Assembly: GCA_965199855.1 (NCBI GenBank)
Contig: OZ241326.1
Coordinates: forward strand, 928,001-992,000
Direction of reading: 5' to 3'
Length of the DNA: 64,000 bases
Source of the DNA: a bacterium
GTDB taxonomy: Bacteria > UBA8248
The notes under the pieces were generated by a model that saw nothing but the letters and a program-made list of their open reading frames with translations, searched no databases and had not been told where the DNA came from. The translations under genes were made by a program, and so were the position numbers. Of the stretch, positions 53,715 through 64,000 are shown piece by piece (position 1 is the stretch's first letter; each line of letters opens with the position of its first letter).

Positions 53715-55682
53715 TTACCGCGCCGCCTGCGCCAGCGCGGTTGCCGCGTCCGCCTGCGCCCAGGCGGCGCTCATCGCTTCCCAGGTCTCGCCCATGGCGG
53801 CCTTCCCCTTTTCCACCGCCGCCTGCGCCGTCGTAGTTCCCGCGGCCCGCGTCTGCTCCCACGCCGCTTTCGCCGCGCCCAGGGTCGCCGCCGCCTGCGC
53901 CAGCGCGGCGTCCATTTTCGCCCACGCCGCCCGCGCCTTTCCCTTCCCTCTCGCCGCCGCCTTCGCCGCGTCCGCCGCCTTCAGGGCCTTTTCCATGGCC
54001 GCCTTCGCCGCCGCATACCACGTCGTCTGCGCCCTGTTCGTCTCGTTGCGCGCCGCCTTTATCGCCCGCCAGACCGCCAGGGTCGCCGCGTCCGCCCGGT
54101 CGAGCGACGCCTGAGCCTTCTCCTTCCCCCTCGCCGCCGCCCTCAGCGCGGCGTCCGCCTGCGCCAGCGCCGCCCGCGCCTTTCCCTCAGCCGCCTTCGC
54201 CCGCGACGCTCTCGTCCGGGCCGCGGCTCTCTCTCGCGCGGCCTTCGTCAAAGCCGTCCGCGCCTGCGCGGCCTGGGCCTTCTCCCTCGCCGCGTCCGCC
54301 CGGGCGCGCGCCGCCGACTCATGTCTTGACGCCCGGAGGCTCTCCGCATACGCCCGAGCCGCCTGCGCCTTCGCCGCGTCAAAGGCCGCCGCGGCCTGCT
54401 CCCGCGCCGCCTGCGCCCGAGCCATCCTCACCGCCGCCGCCCGATCCCGCGCCGCCGACGCGTGGGCCCTCTCCAGCGCCGCGTGCGCTTTTTTCAGCGC
54501 CGCATCCGCCCGCGCCCACGCCGCCTTCGCTTTTCTCCGGGCCGTCTGAGCCGCCCGCGACGCCTTCACCCGCGCCGCCGCCGCTTTCCACGCCGTCTGC
54601 GCCGCGCGCTCCCGCGCCGTCGCTCTGTTCCTCACCGCCTTCGCATTGGCCGCTCTCGTCTGGGCCGCGGCTCTCTCCCGCGCCGCCTTCTCGTGCGCCA
54701 TCCTCGCCTTCGCCGCCCGCGCATGCGCCGCTCGCGCCTTCGCCGCGGCTCTTTCCCGCGCCGCCTGGGCCTGAGCCATCCGCGCCTTCGCCGCCCGCCC
54801 CGCCGCGTCCGCCTGGGCGCGCGCCGCCTGCGCCCTCGCCGCCTGCGTCCGCGCGGTCTCCCACGCGGCCCGGGCCCTCGCCGCCTGCGCCCGCGCGGCG
54901 CTCCACGCCGTCTGCGCCGCGCGCTCCCGCGCGTCCGCCGCCTGCCACGCCTCATCCGCCGTCCGCAGCCCCGCCTTCACCTGAGCGTTCTGCGCCGCCG
55001 CCATCTTTTCCAGCTTCGCCGCGGTGGCCGCCTGCGCGGCCTTCATCTTCTCCCACGCGGCCTGCGCCGCCGCCTCGTCCCCGTTCCACAGCGCCGCGGC
55101 CCTCTCTCTCGCCGCCGCCCGCACCCGGGCCATGCCCTCCGCGTATATCCCCAGCTCCGGGAGAGCGTCTTCCAGCCCGGCGGGCCCGGGCCTGGTCCCC
55201 CGAAGCAGCCGCGCTTCCCATTCCTCGCGCGCCGCGTGCGCCTTCTCCCACGCCGCGGACGCCCTTTCCCACGCCGCCTTCGCCTTCTCCCACGCGGCCT
55301 GGGCCGCCGCCTCGAGCGCCGCCGCCTCGCGCGCCGCGGCGTCCGCCTTCTCCTGGGCGGCCTGCGCCGCCTTTTCTCTCGCCGCGGCTTTTTTCCACGC
55401 CGCCTGCGCCCGCGCCGCCGGGGTCGCCGCCGCCCTTTCCCACGCCGCGGCGTCCGCCTTCTCCCGCGCCACCGCCGCCAGCGCCGCCTTTTCTCTCGCC
55501 GCCGCCCTTTCCCACGCGGCCTGCGCCGCGCGCGCCCGCGCCGCCGCCCTTTCCCGCGCCGCGAGGGTGGCCCGCGCCCGCGCCGCCAGGGATTTCTCTC
55601 GCGCCGCGCTCGCCCCGAATGACGGGACGGGCGCGGCAAGCGCGATTGCCGCCGCCAGCGCGCAGATCAAAAGCCTCCGCAT
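53715..55682 (-). CDS. Secreted Ala-rich alpha-helical repeat protein (AAWE[KR]A repeats)
   Basis: Signal peptide MRRLLICALAAAIALAA; 655 aa of low-complexity helical repeats. Confidence 0.7.
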   Translation of the reverse strand: MRRLLICALAAAIALAAPVPSFGASAAREKSLAARARATLAARERAAARARAAQAAWERAAAREKAALAAVAREKADAAAWERAAATPAARAQAAWKKAAAREKAAQAAQEKADAAAREAAALEAAAQAAWEKAKAAWERASAAWEKAHAAREEWEARLLRGTRPGPAGLEDALPELGIYAEGMARVRAAARERAAALWNGDEAAAQAAWEKMKAAQAATAAKLEKMAAAQNAQVKAGLRTADEAWQAADARERAAQTAWSAARAQAARARAAWETARTQAARAQAARAQADAAGRAAKARMAQAQAARERAAAKARAAHARAAKARMAHEKAARERAAAQTRAANAKAVRNRATARERAAQTAWKAAAARVKASRAAQTARRKAKAAWARADAALKKAHAALERAHASAARDRAAAVRMARAQAAREQAAAAFDAAKAQAARAYAESLRASRHESAARARADAAREKAQAAQARTALTKAARERAAARTRASRAKAAEGKARAALAQADAALRAAARGKEKAQASLDRADAATLAVWRAIKAARNETNRAQTTWYAAAKAAMEKALKAADAAKAAARGKGKARAAWAKMDAALAQAAATLGAAKAAWEQTRAAGTTTAQAAVEKGKAAMGETWEAMSAAWAQADAATALAQAAR

Positions 55683-55963
55683 CGTTTAGAGCCCCCCGTT
55701 GTCCGCCGCCTTCTCTCTCGCCGCCGTCCTGATCGTATGGCGGATCGCCCGCGCCGCATTCATTCCCGCGACCGATCGTCGCCGGACAAAGGCCTGAGCC
55801 TTGCGAACGCGGCGCGCATAGCGATCCTCCATCCGCACCGATGCCGTGATTTCCTTTATATTATATCTGATTGGCGTCTGACCGCAATTCGCGGCGAGCC
55901 GGTATGTAATATACTATATTTCGCAGGCGGAAAGGGCGGTTTTAACGGGATTCGGAGGGGAGC

Positions 55964-56659
55964 ATGGCGCGGCGGGTGATTCTGCTATCGACCCTGGGGC
56001 TGCTGATCGCGCTGGCTGGCGCGCCGGGCTACCGCTGGCTCCGCGCGCGTCTCGCCCGGGATCTCCCGATATACTCGCGGCTGCCCGATTTTGAACTCCG
56101 AGACGCGGCGGGCCGCGCCTTCGCGCGCGAGCGCCTGCGCGGGAAAGTCTGGGTGGCGGACTTCATCTACACGCGCTGCGAGGACGCCTGCCCCCTGCAG
56201 ACGGCCGAGATGCGAAGGCTCCAGCAGGCGTTCTCGGGCGAGGGGGATTTCCGGCAGATTTCCATCACCGTCGACCCCGCCCACGACACGGGGGCGCGTC
56301 TGGCGGCCTACGCGCGCAAATACGGCGCCGAGAGGTCGCGCTGGTTCTTTCTCACCGGCGAGGAGGGGGCGATTCGGGAGCTGGCGCTCAAGGGCTTCCG
56401 CCTGAGCTACGCGACGAAAAAAGCCGCGCTTCCCGATAAATCCCCCGGCGGATGGATTCTCCGGCTCGCGCTTCCCCGCGCCCGCGCCCACCACCCCGGA
56501 CACGGGGAGGGGAAGGACGCGCCCGGCGTCCTGATTTCCCACAGCTCGCGCTTCGTCCTCATCGACAGGCGCTTCAACGTCCGGGGCTATTACCACAGCG
56601 ACGACCCCGCTTCCCTGGAGAAACTGAGGAGGGAGCTGCGGATGGTTCTCGGGGAGTGA
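55964..56659 (+). CDS. SCO1/SenC family copper chaperone
   Basis: FIYTRCEDACP (CxxxC), ITVDP..D, HSSRFVLID. Confidence 0.92.
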   Translation: MARRVILLSTLGLLIALAGAPGYRWLRARLARDLPIYSRLPDFELRDAAGRAFARERLRGKVWVADFIYTRCEDACPLQTAEMRRLQQAFSGEGDFRQISITVDPAHDTGARLAAYARKYGAERSRWFFLTGEEGAIRELALKGFRLSYATKKAALPDKSPGGWILRLALPRARAHHPGHGEGKDAPGVLISHSSRFVLIDRRFNVRGYYHSDDPASLEKLRRELRMVLGE

Positions 56660-57533
56660 GCCTCCCGCCCTTCCGCGCGGCTTTCGCCGCCTCGATCATC
56701 TCCGCGTAGCCCTCCCGGTAGGATGGATAGAGAAATCGGTAGCCGGAGGCTTTGAGCCTGGCGTTCGAGCATCGCCTGTTCGCCGCCGCGCGCCCGGAGA
56801 CGGCCATATCGGCGCAGGTCTCGCGCGGAGGCGGCGCGCCCAGCCGCGCCGCCAGCCAGTTCAGCACCTCGCGGCGATCGGCGGGCTCGTCATCCACGCC
56901 GATATAGACCTCCTCCGGCGCTTCCATCATCATCAGATGCGCGAGGGCGCCCGCGCAGTCGTCGCGGTGGATTCGGTTGGCGAAGCGGGGCGGGCCTTCG
57001 GGGCAGGCCGCCCGGCCCGCGCGGACGGCTTCGAGCAGGCGCGCGCGGCCGGGGCCGTAAATGCCCGCAAGCCGCAGGATTGTGGCGGGATGTCCGCTCT
57101 CCAAAAAGGCGCGCTCCCCCTCCAGCAGAACGCGCCCCGCCCGGCGCGCGGGCTTCGCGGGCGAGCGCTCGTCCACCCGGCCGCCGTCCGTCTGCTCATA
57201 GACGGCCGTGCTCGACGTGAAGAAAACGCGCCGGGGTCTTTCTCCCTTCGCGTCGAGCGCTCTGAGGAGATTCCGGGGGCCTTCCGCGTACGCCGCCCGG
57301 TAGGCGGCCTCGCCGCCTCCGCCGGAGGAAGCCGTATAGAAGATGAAGTCGAGACCTTCGGGGAGGGCGTCGCCCAGCGCTTCCTCCCGGACGTCGGCCC
57401 GTATCGGCACGATCGGCCCGGGCGGAGGCGCGGGGCTTCTGCGCATCCCCCAGACGAAGTGTCCCGCGCGGCCGAGCCTGGCGCCGAGCGCCGTCCCGAC
57501 GTAGCCGCATCCCGTAATGAGGACTCTCGCCAT
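56574..57533 (-). CDS. Atypical SDR / NAD-dependent epimerase (YeeZ-like)
   Basis: GCGYVG, SSTAVY, LRLAGIYGPGR, NRIHRDD; tail overlaps the SCO gene. Confidence 0.88.
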   Translation of the reverse strand: MARVLITGCGYVGTALGARLGRAGHFVWGMRRSPAPPPGPIVPIRADVREEALGDALPEGLDFIFYTASSGGGGEAAYRAAYAEGPRNLLRALDAKGERPRRVFFTSSTAVYEQTDGGRVDERSPAKPARRAGRVLLEGERAFLESGHPATILRLAGIYGPGRARLLEAVRAGRAACPEGPPRFANRIHRDDCAGALAHLMMMEAPEEVYIGVDDEPADRREVLNWLAARLGAPPPRETCADMAVSGRAAANRRCSNARLKASGYRFLYPSYREGYAEMIEAAKAARKGGRLTPREPSAAPSSVSPGKRGRRCGNSPGR

Positions 57534-57556
57534 GAAGCGCCTGTTTTCGGGGCGCC

Positions 57557-58378
57557 CTAGGGCGCTCCCGGCGCGGGGACCTGGCCGTGAAAGAGGCTTT
57601 TCAGGTGATGCGGCCGCATTCGCAGGCCGGCGTAGAAGGGTCCGAACTCTCCATACCAGACGCTGGCCTCGTCGAAGCGCATCTCATAGACGAGGCGCTT
57701 GAACACGAGCGGGTATTCCGAGAACAGATACACCCCCCACTCCCAGTCGTCGAAGCCGATGCTGCCGGTGATGATCTGCTGGACGCGGCCGGCGTATTTC
57801 CTGCCGACGAAGCCGTGCTCGCGCATCATCTTCCGGCGCGTCTCTATCGGCAGGCCATACCAGTTCTTCTCCTCGCCCCTGCGCTTGTTCATCGGGTAGA
57901 AGCACAGATATCTCGCCTCGGGGACGCCCATGTAGAGGCGATCCTTCATGCGCTCGCGCTGACCGGCCATCTCCTCGGCCCATTTCGCCTTCCACTCCTC
58001 GCTTCCCGGCTCCATCCCCTCCTCCTTGAAGCGGGCGTGGAGCTTCACCGTCATTTCATACAGGCCAAGCTCCAGAAACGAAAGATAAGAGGTCGTCTCC
58101 TCCATGTATTCCGCCAGCGCGAGCCGCCGGACGCCCAGCTCGGCCTCGTGGAGGGCGTCCAGCGTGGGCCGGAAGTGGAGAAAGAGGAGATCGCCCTTGT
58201 GCCCCAGCAAACTGAAAAGGGCGCTCTCGCCGGATGCGGGCCGGGCGATGGCCGCGAGGTGTCCGGCCGCCTCGTCCAGGACGCGGCGGCGGCGCGCGCC
58301 GTCGAGCCGTCCCCAGGCGGGCCAGTTCACCCGGAAGACATGGTGCAGAATCGCCCAGCCGTCGAGCGTCTCGGGCAT
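57557..58378 (-). CDS. chdC: Coproheme decarboxylase (HemQ/ChdC)
   Basis: ETLDGW..LH, GHKGDL, CFYPMNKRR, MREHG..GR, GFDDWEWGV, YEMRFDE. Confidence 0.88.
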   Translation of the reverse strand: MPETLDGWAILHHVFRVNWPAWGRLDGARRRRVLDEAAGHLAAIARPASGESALFSLLGHKGDLLFLHFRPTLDALHEAELGVRRLALAEYMEETTSYLSFLELGLYEMTVKLHARFKEEGMEPGSEEWKAKWAEEMAGQRERMKDRLYMGVPEARYLCFYPMNKRRGEEKNWYGLPIETRRKMMREHGFVGRKYAGRVQQIITGSIGFDDWEWGVYLFSEYPLVFKRLVYEMRFDEASVWYGEFGPFYAGLRMRPHHLKSLFHGQVPAPGAP

Positions 58379-58799
58379 TTTGGCGTCTTCGAGGTTCGGA
58401 TTCACTGGCGGCTCCCGCGGAATCGGCGGCGCGGGCGGCGCAACTCGCGCCACCAAGGGCATTCATCGCCCCCCCTTGATAGCATCCCGCGCCCCGACGG
58501 CGCAACGAATCGCGAAGGGCGTCCGTCGGGCGGACGGACGGGCCGCCGCCGAAGGGCGGGACGGCTTGACTTCGATCGGAAGGTGCATTAGTTGAATGGA
58601 GCCGGGGCTTTGTCTCCGGCGGGCGGCGAGGTGCTGATCCGCAACCATGGATGCGCCTTCTGTCCCGCCTGCGCTGAACGCCGCGGAAGTCGCCCGGCCT
58701 GCGGGGGCGAACCCGCGCCCGGGACGCGGCGTCGGGCGCGGCGCGAGTGATGGAGAACAGAAGACCGCTGACCCGAAACATTCTTCGAGAGGAGCAGGC

Positions 58800-59540
58800 A
58801 TGATTTCCAAACGCTTTTCGCTGTGCTTGACGTTCGCGGCGGCGCTCGGCGTCGCCTTCGCCGGCGCCGCGCACGCCTACAAGGCCGGCAAGGTGAGCGG
58901 CGGCGGCTCCATCGCCGGCGCGATCAAATTCGAGGGCGAAGCGCCGAAGCCCAAAACGCTTTCCGTGAACAAGGACAAGAAGGTTTGCGGCAAGAAGCCG
59001 ATTACCGACGACAGCCTGCTCGTCAAGGACGGCGGCGTGGTCTGGGCCGTCGTGTCCCTCAAGGGCGTGAAGTCCGGCAAGAAGTGGCCGAAGAGCCAGG
59101 CGAAGGCGGTCCTCGATCAGAAGGGATGCGTGTATGTGCCCCGCGTCGTCGTGATGAAGGCAGGAACGAAGCTGCTGGTGAAGAACAGCGACAAGATACT
59201 CCACAACGTCCACACCCACCCGGGCAAGACCGGAAACTCGGTCGCCAACATCGCGCAGCCCAAGTTCAAGAAGAAGCTCAGAATGTCAACCCGCTACTTC
59301 AAGAAGCCCGGCATCGTCAAGGTGACCTGCGACGTGCACGACTGGATGCGGGGCTACGTCGTCGCGGCGGAGAACCCCTACGCCGTCGTCACGGGCGCCG
59401 GGGGCAAATTCGAGATCAAGGACGTTCCGGCGGGCGACTACGAGCTCGAGGTCTGGCACGAGGTTCTGGGCAAGAAGTCCATGAAGGTGTCGGTGAAGAG
59501 CGGCGCCGCCACGGCGGTGGACGTGACGCTGAAGAAATAG
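58800..59540 (+). CDS. Secreted carboxypeptidase-regulatory-like/cupredoxin-like protein
   Basis: LDQKGC.Y.P, NSD.ILHNVH, CDVHDWM, WHE.LG. Confidence 0.85.
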   Translation: MISKRFSLCLTFAAALGVAFAGAAHAYKAGKVSGGGSIAGAIKFEGEAPKPKTLSVNKDKKVCGKKPITDDSLLVKDGGVVWAVVSLKGVKSGKKWPKSQAKAVLDQKGCVYVPRVVVMKAGTKLLVKNSDKILHNVHTHPGKTGNSVANIAQPKFKKKLRMSTRYFKKPGIVKVTCDVHDWMRGYVVAAENPYAVVTGAGGKFEIKDVPAGDYELEVWHEVLGKKSMKVSVKSGAATAVDVTLKK

Positions 59541-59554
59541 ACCGGGCTCGAGCG

Positions 59555-59588
59555 AAAAAGGCGGCGGGCGCGTCTCGCCGCCTTTTTT
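59555..59588. terminator. Bidirectional intrinsic terminator
   Basis: AAAAAGGCGGCG...CGCCGCCTTTTTT between convergent genes. Confidence 0.85.
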
Positions 59589-59589
59589 G

Positions 59590-60789
59590 CTACGGGGTTT
59601 TCCCGCGCTTTCCCGCCCCGGCCGCGATGGCGGCCGCGGCGTCCGCGATGCGGTCGATCTCGCGCTCCGTGTTCAGGTAATGGATGGAGGCTCTGAGGGC
59701 GGGCGGCTCCGTCACCACCGCCCGGAGAATGACGCCGTGCTTCCCGTGGAGCGCGTCCACGGCGCTTTGGGCTTCGACCCCCCGAATCCGGAAGGAGACC
59801 AGGCCGGAGCGCGCCTCTCCCGGCGGGGTGATGACCTCGACGCCCTCCATCGCGCGCATTCGCGCCAGCAGGCGGTTCGCCAGCGCGAGAACCCTCTCCT
59901 CAACGGCCGCGGGGCCCGCTTTCAGAAAGCGCTCGATAGCGGCGCGAAGCCCCACAAAGGCGGGCGTGTGGAGGGTGCCGACCTCGTAGCGCATGGCGCT
60001 CGGCTCCGGCGTGAAGGAGAGGGTCTTCAGCCTCTTCTTTTTCGCCGAGCGGTAGCTGGCGGCGGAGAGGCGAATCTTCCGGCCCGCGCCGCGCCTGACG
60101 AATACGGCGCCCGTTCCGTCCGGCCCCATCAGCCATTTCTGTCCCGAGATGGTATAGACGTCCACGCCCGATCCCTTGACCTTGACCGGCATCTGCCCGA
60201 CGGACTGGGCGCCGTCCACGACGAGGAGCGCACCCGCGCGGCGGCAGATTCGCCCGATTCCCGCCAGGGGAAGCCTGCGGCCCGTCAGCCAGGCGACGTG
60301 GCTCACGCAGACCGCTCGGGTCTTCGGTGTGATGGCGCCTTCCAGATTCCGCAGAAGCTCCGCGTCGCTTCGGCCGGTTCCGAACAGCCCGACCTTGATG
60401 GGGCGCCTCGCGCGCCACGCGAGCCACGGCAGGTAGCCGCCCGGATGCTCCAGGTCGGAGACGAGCGCCTCGTCTCCCGGCGCCCAGTCCAGCCCGGCCG
60501 CCGCGATGCTGACGCCGACCGTCGTGTTGTTCGTCAGAGCGATTTCCGAGGCGTCCGCGCCGATGAGCTCCGCGCAGCTCTCGCGGACGCGCTGGAGGGC
60601 CGCGGTCGTCTCGCTCCTGATTGTCGGATGGAACGAGCCCAGCTCCATGTCCCGCTTCGCGAACTCCTCCATCTCCCGGAGGGTCGATTTCGCGGACGGC
60701 CCCCCGCCGCCCCAGTTGACGTAGATCTGGCCTTTCAGCGCGGGAACGTCCGCGCGCAGCCGCCGGATTCTGCGGGCGTCGAGAGCCAT
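59590..60789 (-). CDS. Class V PLP-dependent enzyme (cystine C-S lyase-like)
   Basis: YVNWGGGG, LEHPG, VDGAQS, SGQKW (PLP Lys); no C-terminal catalytic Cys loop. Confidence 0.85.
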   Translation of the reverse strand: MALDARRIRRLRADVPALKGQIYVNWGGGGPSAKSTLREMEEFAKRDMELGSFHPTIRSETTAALQRVRESCAELIGADASEIALTNNTTVGVSIAAAGLDWAPGDEALVSDLEHPGGYLPWLAWRARRPIKVGLFGTGRSDAELLRNLEGAITPKTRAVCVSHVAWLTGRRLPLAGIGRICRRAGALLVVDGAQSVGQMPVKVKGSGVDVYTISGQKWLMGPDGTGAVFVRRGAGRKIRLSAASYRSAKKKRLKTLSFTPEPSAMRYEVGTLHTPAFVGLRAAIERFLKAGPAAVEERVLALANRLLARMRAMEGVEVITPPGEARSGLVSFRIRGVEAQSAVDALHGKHGVILRAVVTEPPALRASIHYLNTEREIDRIADAAAAIAAGAGKRGKTP

Positions 60790-60810
60790 CCGGTTCCTCT
60801 TGAAAAGCCG

Positions 60811-62721
60811 CTATCCCGCCTCGGAGCGAAGCACCCTCTTGTCTCCGACGCGCAGGGTGATGCGGGCGGTGTCGAAGTATTCAAGCAGGGGAATCGCGTG
60901 CTTTCGCGTAATGCCCAGCAGGTCCCGAAACTCCGCCGCCGTGATTTCGCCGCCGCGAGAGAGGCGCTCCCGCAGGAGACCCTCCGCCTCGGCCAGGGCG
61001 CGTCGATGATAGACGATGCCGTCCTTGAGCCGCAACAGGGCACCCTCGTCGATGAGGATTTGCAGGGCGCTCCGGTTCGCGCCGCCCTCGCCGCCGGCTT
61101 TCCGGAATGCGTCCTCGATGGAGGGCGGCTGAAAGCGGGCGCCCTGAAACGCCGCCTCCAGCCTCGCCTTCACCGCTCCGAGCGCCTCGTCGATTTCCAC
61201 GGCGTGGGAGGCGAGCCGCAGCGCCGCGCCCTCCTCGATGACTTCGCCTGATTCGCGCAGGCGCTCCAGAGCGGCGGCGAAGATTTTCTCGTTGAGGTCG
61301 CCCGCCTTCCCGCGAACCTCCTCCCTCGGCGCGCCCCGACGCAGGGGGTTCTCGCGGTGGTATTTCCCCAGGAAGGAGAGGACGCTTCGCTGGGCGGCCT
61401 CGAAATGCGCCGTCGTCATGGCGAAAAGACCGGCCTGGTCGATGATTTTCACCTGGCCCCGCACAGAGAGCTCCTGAACGGCCCGCTCGATCTCGTCCGG
61501 CCTGAGCGTGAGGCGGCCCGTGAGGCCATCGAGGGCGATCCCCTTCAGCCGCGCGTCCCGAAGCAGGATGAGCAGTCTTTCCGTCTCGTCCGCCTCGTGA
61601 AGCGATTTCAGATGCTTGCGGGAGGAGCTTCGCAGCCGCCTGTGCTTGCGGGGCATGACGTCCAGAATTTCGCCGCCGCCTATCGTGATGATCGGCGAAT
61701 AGCTCCTGATGACGAACCTGTCCCGGGGAAGGACGACGACGGGCGCCTCGAGCCTTATCTGGGCGAAGGCGCTCTCGCCCGGCTCAAGCGCGTCCCGGCC
61801 GATGAGGGAGACCCTGCCCATGACTTCGGCCGTTCCGGCGTGGAAGCGGATGCGGCTGCGCGTTTTGAGGGCGCGGGGGGCGTCGGGCAGGTGCTCGAGG
61901 CGGACGTCGAGCATGTAGGTGGGCTTGAGCTCGCCCCGGCGGCCGATGATGTCTCCCCGTACCACCCCGGCGCGCTCGACGCCCTGAAGGTTGACGGCGG
62001 TTCTGAGGCCGGCGGTCGATTTTTCAACGGATTCCCCGTGCACCTGGAGGCCGCGAACGCGCGCCTGAACGCCCCGGGGCAGGATTTCCACCTGCTCCCC
62101 GGAAGCCACGCTGCCGCTGAACAGGGTTCCGGTTATCACGACGCCGAAGCCCCGCATCGTGAATACGCGATCGACCGGGATGCGAAAGACGCCCGCCTCG
62201 CTCTTCGCGGGCGCGGCGTTGGCGGCTTCCCGCAGGGCATCCTTGAGGCGCTCCAGCCCCTCTCCCGTGTGGGAGGAGACCGGCACGACGGGCGCGCCCT
62301 CCAAGAAGGTGCCTTTTACGAAGTCGCCGATGTCGTCGCGGACGAGCTCGACCCACTCCGGATCGGCCGCGTCCGTCTTGGTGAGCGCGACGAGGCCCGT
62401 CTTCACGCCCAGGAGCCGGCAGATGGACAGATGCTCCCTGGTCTGCGGCATGACGCCCTCGTCGGCGGCGACGATGAGCATCACCGCGTCGATGCCGCCG
62501 ACCCCGGCCAGCATGTTCCTGACGAATCGCTCATGGCCCGGAACGTCCACCACGCCCGCGCGAACGTCCTCGAGAAGGAGCTCGGCGAAGCCCAGCTCGA
62601 TGGTGATGCCGCGCTCCTTCTCTTCCTTGAGGCGGTCGGTGTCCGTGCCGGTCAGCGCCTTGACGAGAGAGGTTTTGCCGTGATCGATGTGGCCGGCGGT
62701 TCCGACGACGACGTGCTTCAT
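60811..62721 (-). CDS. selB: Selenocysteine-specific elongation factor
   Basis: [17 protein letters not shown]-terminal winged helix [13 protein letters not shown]...RVGDKR. Confidence 0.96.
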   Translation of the reverse strand: MKHVVVGTAGHIDHGKTSLVKALTGTDTDRLKEEKERGITIELGFAELLLEDVRAGVVDVPGHERFVRNMLAGVGGIDAVMLIVAADEGVMPQTREHLSICRLLGVKTGLVALTKTDAADPEWVELVRDDIGDFVKGTFLEGAPVVPVSSHTGEGLERLKDALREAANAAPAKSEAGVFRIPVDRVFTMRGFGVVITGTLFSGSVASGEQVEILPRGVQARVRGLQVHGESVEKSTAGLRTAVNLQGVERAGVVRGDIIGRRGELKPTYMLDVRLEHLPDAPRALKTRSRIRFHAGTAEVMGRVSLIGRDALEPGESAFAQIRLEAPVVVLPRDRFVIRSYSPIITIGGGEILDVMPRKHRRLRSSSRKHLKSLHEADETERLLILLRDARLKGIALDGLTGRLTLRPDEIERAVQELSVRGQVKIIDQAGLFAMTTAHFEAAQRSVLSFLGKYHRENPLRRGAPREEVRGKAGDLNEKIFAAALERLRESGEVIEEGAALRLASHAVEIDEALGAVKARLEAAFQGARFQPPSIEDAFRKAGGEGGANRSALQILIDEGALLRLKDGIVYHRRALAEAEGLLRERLSRGGEITAAEFRDLLGITRKHAIPLLEYFDTARITLRVGDKRVLRSEAG

Positions 62722-62760
62722 CGGGGAGCTTCGCCTTCGCGCGCGGCGTCGGGGCGCGGC

Positions 62761-63564
62761 CTAGTCATGGCGGCGGATGAATTCCAGGACGGCCTCGTTG
62801 AATTCGTCGGGCTTCTCGATATAGACGAAATGACCGCCCTCCTCGAAAATTTTCAATTCGGCGCCGGGAATGGCCTCGCGCAGCTGCTCCGAATAATAGA
62901 GCGGGGTGACGACGTCGTCCCTCGCGACGGCCACCAGCGTCGGCGCGGCGACGCTTCCCAGACGCGCCAGCTGATCGTGCGCGATGATGCAGTCGATTCT
63001 CTCGGCCATGATCTCCGCCGGCGGGACGCCCAGGAGCGTCTCGTCTTCCTGCGCCTCTATCCGCTCGAAATTGTCGGCGAAGAATTTCGGGCTGTGCAGG
63101 GTGAAGGTGGAGAATCGCGTGTAGGTCTCCCATCCCATCTCGAGCAGGACCTGCCTGCGCACGCTGAACTGGCGGGTGAAGTAGGCGTCGCTCCTGGGCC
63201 AGGAGCTGACGATGGAGGCGCTCTGCACGCGCCCGGGATGGTCGATGCACATCACCTGGATGATGGCGCCTCCGGTCGAGCTGCCGACGAGGTGCGCTTT
63301 TTCCGCGCCGATGTCGTCCATGATGGCCGCTACGTCCCGCGCCATGGCGGGGACGCTGTAGACCCCGCCCGGCTTGTCGCTTTTTCCCGTCCCCCTGTGG
63401 TCGTGCAGAACGAGGGGCCTCTCTTTGGAGAAGGCGCCGCGCTGCTTCGTCCAGGAAGCGCGGACGCCGCCCAGTCCGCTGATCAGGAACGCGGGCGTCC
63501 CGGGCAGATGGGAGTTGACGACTTCGTAGTCTATCGAAACGCCTTCGGAATTCACGGTCGGCAT
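62761..63564 (-). CDS. Alpha/beta-hydrolase (RutD-like)
   Basis: SGLGG, DHRGTGKS, GSSTGG, GGH. Confidence 0.85.
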   Translation of the reverse strand: MPTVNSEGVSIDYEVVNSHLPGTPAFLISGLGGVRASWTKQRGAFSKERPLVLHDHRGTGKSDKPGGVYSVPAMARDVAAIMDDIGAEKAHLVGSSTGGAIIQVMCIDHPGRVQSASIVSSWPRSDAYFTRQFSVRRQVLLEMGWETYTRFSTFTLHSPKFFADNFERIEAQEDETLLGVPPAEIMAERIDCIIAHDQLARLGSVAAPTLVAVARDDVVTPLYYSEQLREAIPGAELKIFEEGGHFVYIEKPDEFNEAVLEFIRRHD

Positions 63565-63628
63565 CGGGGATTCGCCTCCTGGTTTCGCGGCGGCGCGCTC
63601 CGCGCGCGGCGCGAAGAGGGTCGGGGGG

Positions 63629-64000
63629 CTACTTCGCGCATTCCCGCAGAACGGCGGCCAGTTGACGGATTTCGTCTTCTCCCACGCAGCGCAGGTCGAG
63701 CGCCGCCTTGCCCTCGCGCACCCGCGCGATGACGGGCGGGTCGCCGCCCCTGAGCCTGGCTTCCAGCGTCTGCGCGGAGCAATTCCGGGGAGAGAGCGTC
63801 ACGGCGAAGCCCGCAAGCTCCGCCAGAGGCATGGCGCCCCCTCCCACCATGCCGGAAGTCTCCTCCACGTCGGCGCCCAGCGCGGAGCGGGTCTCCTCTC
63901 CCATCGCGTCCATCAGGGTCCCGGCGCGCTCTTTAAGTTCGCCCCGGCCGGCGGACAGCATCCGGAGCGCGGGTATCTCCCTTCGGGCGGCGGCGGGGTC
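63629..64000 (-). CDS. selA: L-seryl-tRNA(Sec) selenium transferase, C-terminal part (partial)
   Basis: IPALRML, VGGGAMP, LR...PPVIARV, LDLRCV; upstream of selB. Confidence 0.88.
   Translation of the reverse strand, partial: DPAAARREIPALRMLSAGRGELKERAGTLMDAMGEETRSALGADVEETSGMVGGGAMPLAELAGFAVTLSPRNCSAQTLEARLRGGDPPVIARVREGKAALDLRCVGEDEIRQLAAVLRECAK

Noticed and set aside
58380-64000. tRNA-Sec (selC) or other tRNA/rRNA genes
   Set aside because: No cloverleaf or rRNA-like sequence recognised by eye; tRNAscan-SE or Infernal would be needed to be sure.

Overview
High-GC (~70%) bacterial chromosomal segment. A perfect parS at 3186-3201 suggests it may lie near the origin. It holds housekeeping genes (metH 5' part, folE2, pdxH, rlmN, chdC/hemQ, selB, selA 3' part) and many transporters (TRAP/TAXI, a CUT2 sugar ABC system, aapJQMP, AGCS, MFS). 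Accessory content includes two lower-GC cassettes (HATPase-STAS-PIN; HigA-HEPN-XRE), a UGA-readthrough deiodinase-like selenoprotein with a SECIS hairpin, tandem coiled-coil genes and an autotransporter among about 30 GTAG-type REP palindromes, and a complete type II-C CRISPR-Cas9 locus (tracrRNA, 985-aa cas9, cas1, cas2, 23-repeat array). The standout is a ~600-bp module between cas2 and the array. A solitary truncated CRISPR repeat there has an adjacent guide matching, over exactly 13 seed nucleotides, the -35/-10 spacer of a sigma70-like promoter about 330 bp away. That promoter points at an unannotated 36-aa cationic, Pro-rich peptide. The layout suggests a Cas9-repressed (scaRNA/CreTA-like) toxin or regulatory module; this function is inferred, not shown. 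All calls come from reading motifs by eye; no database searches were run.
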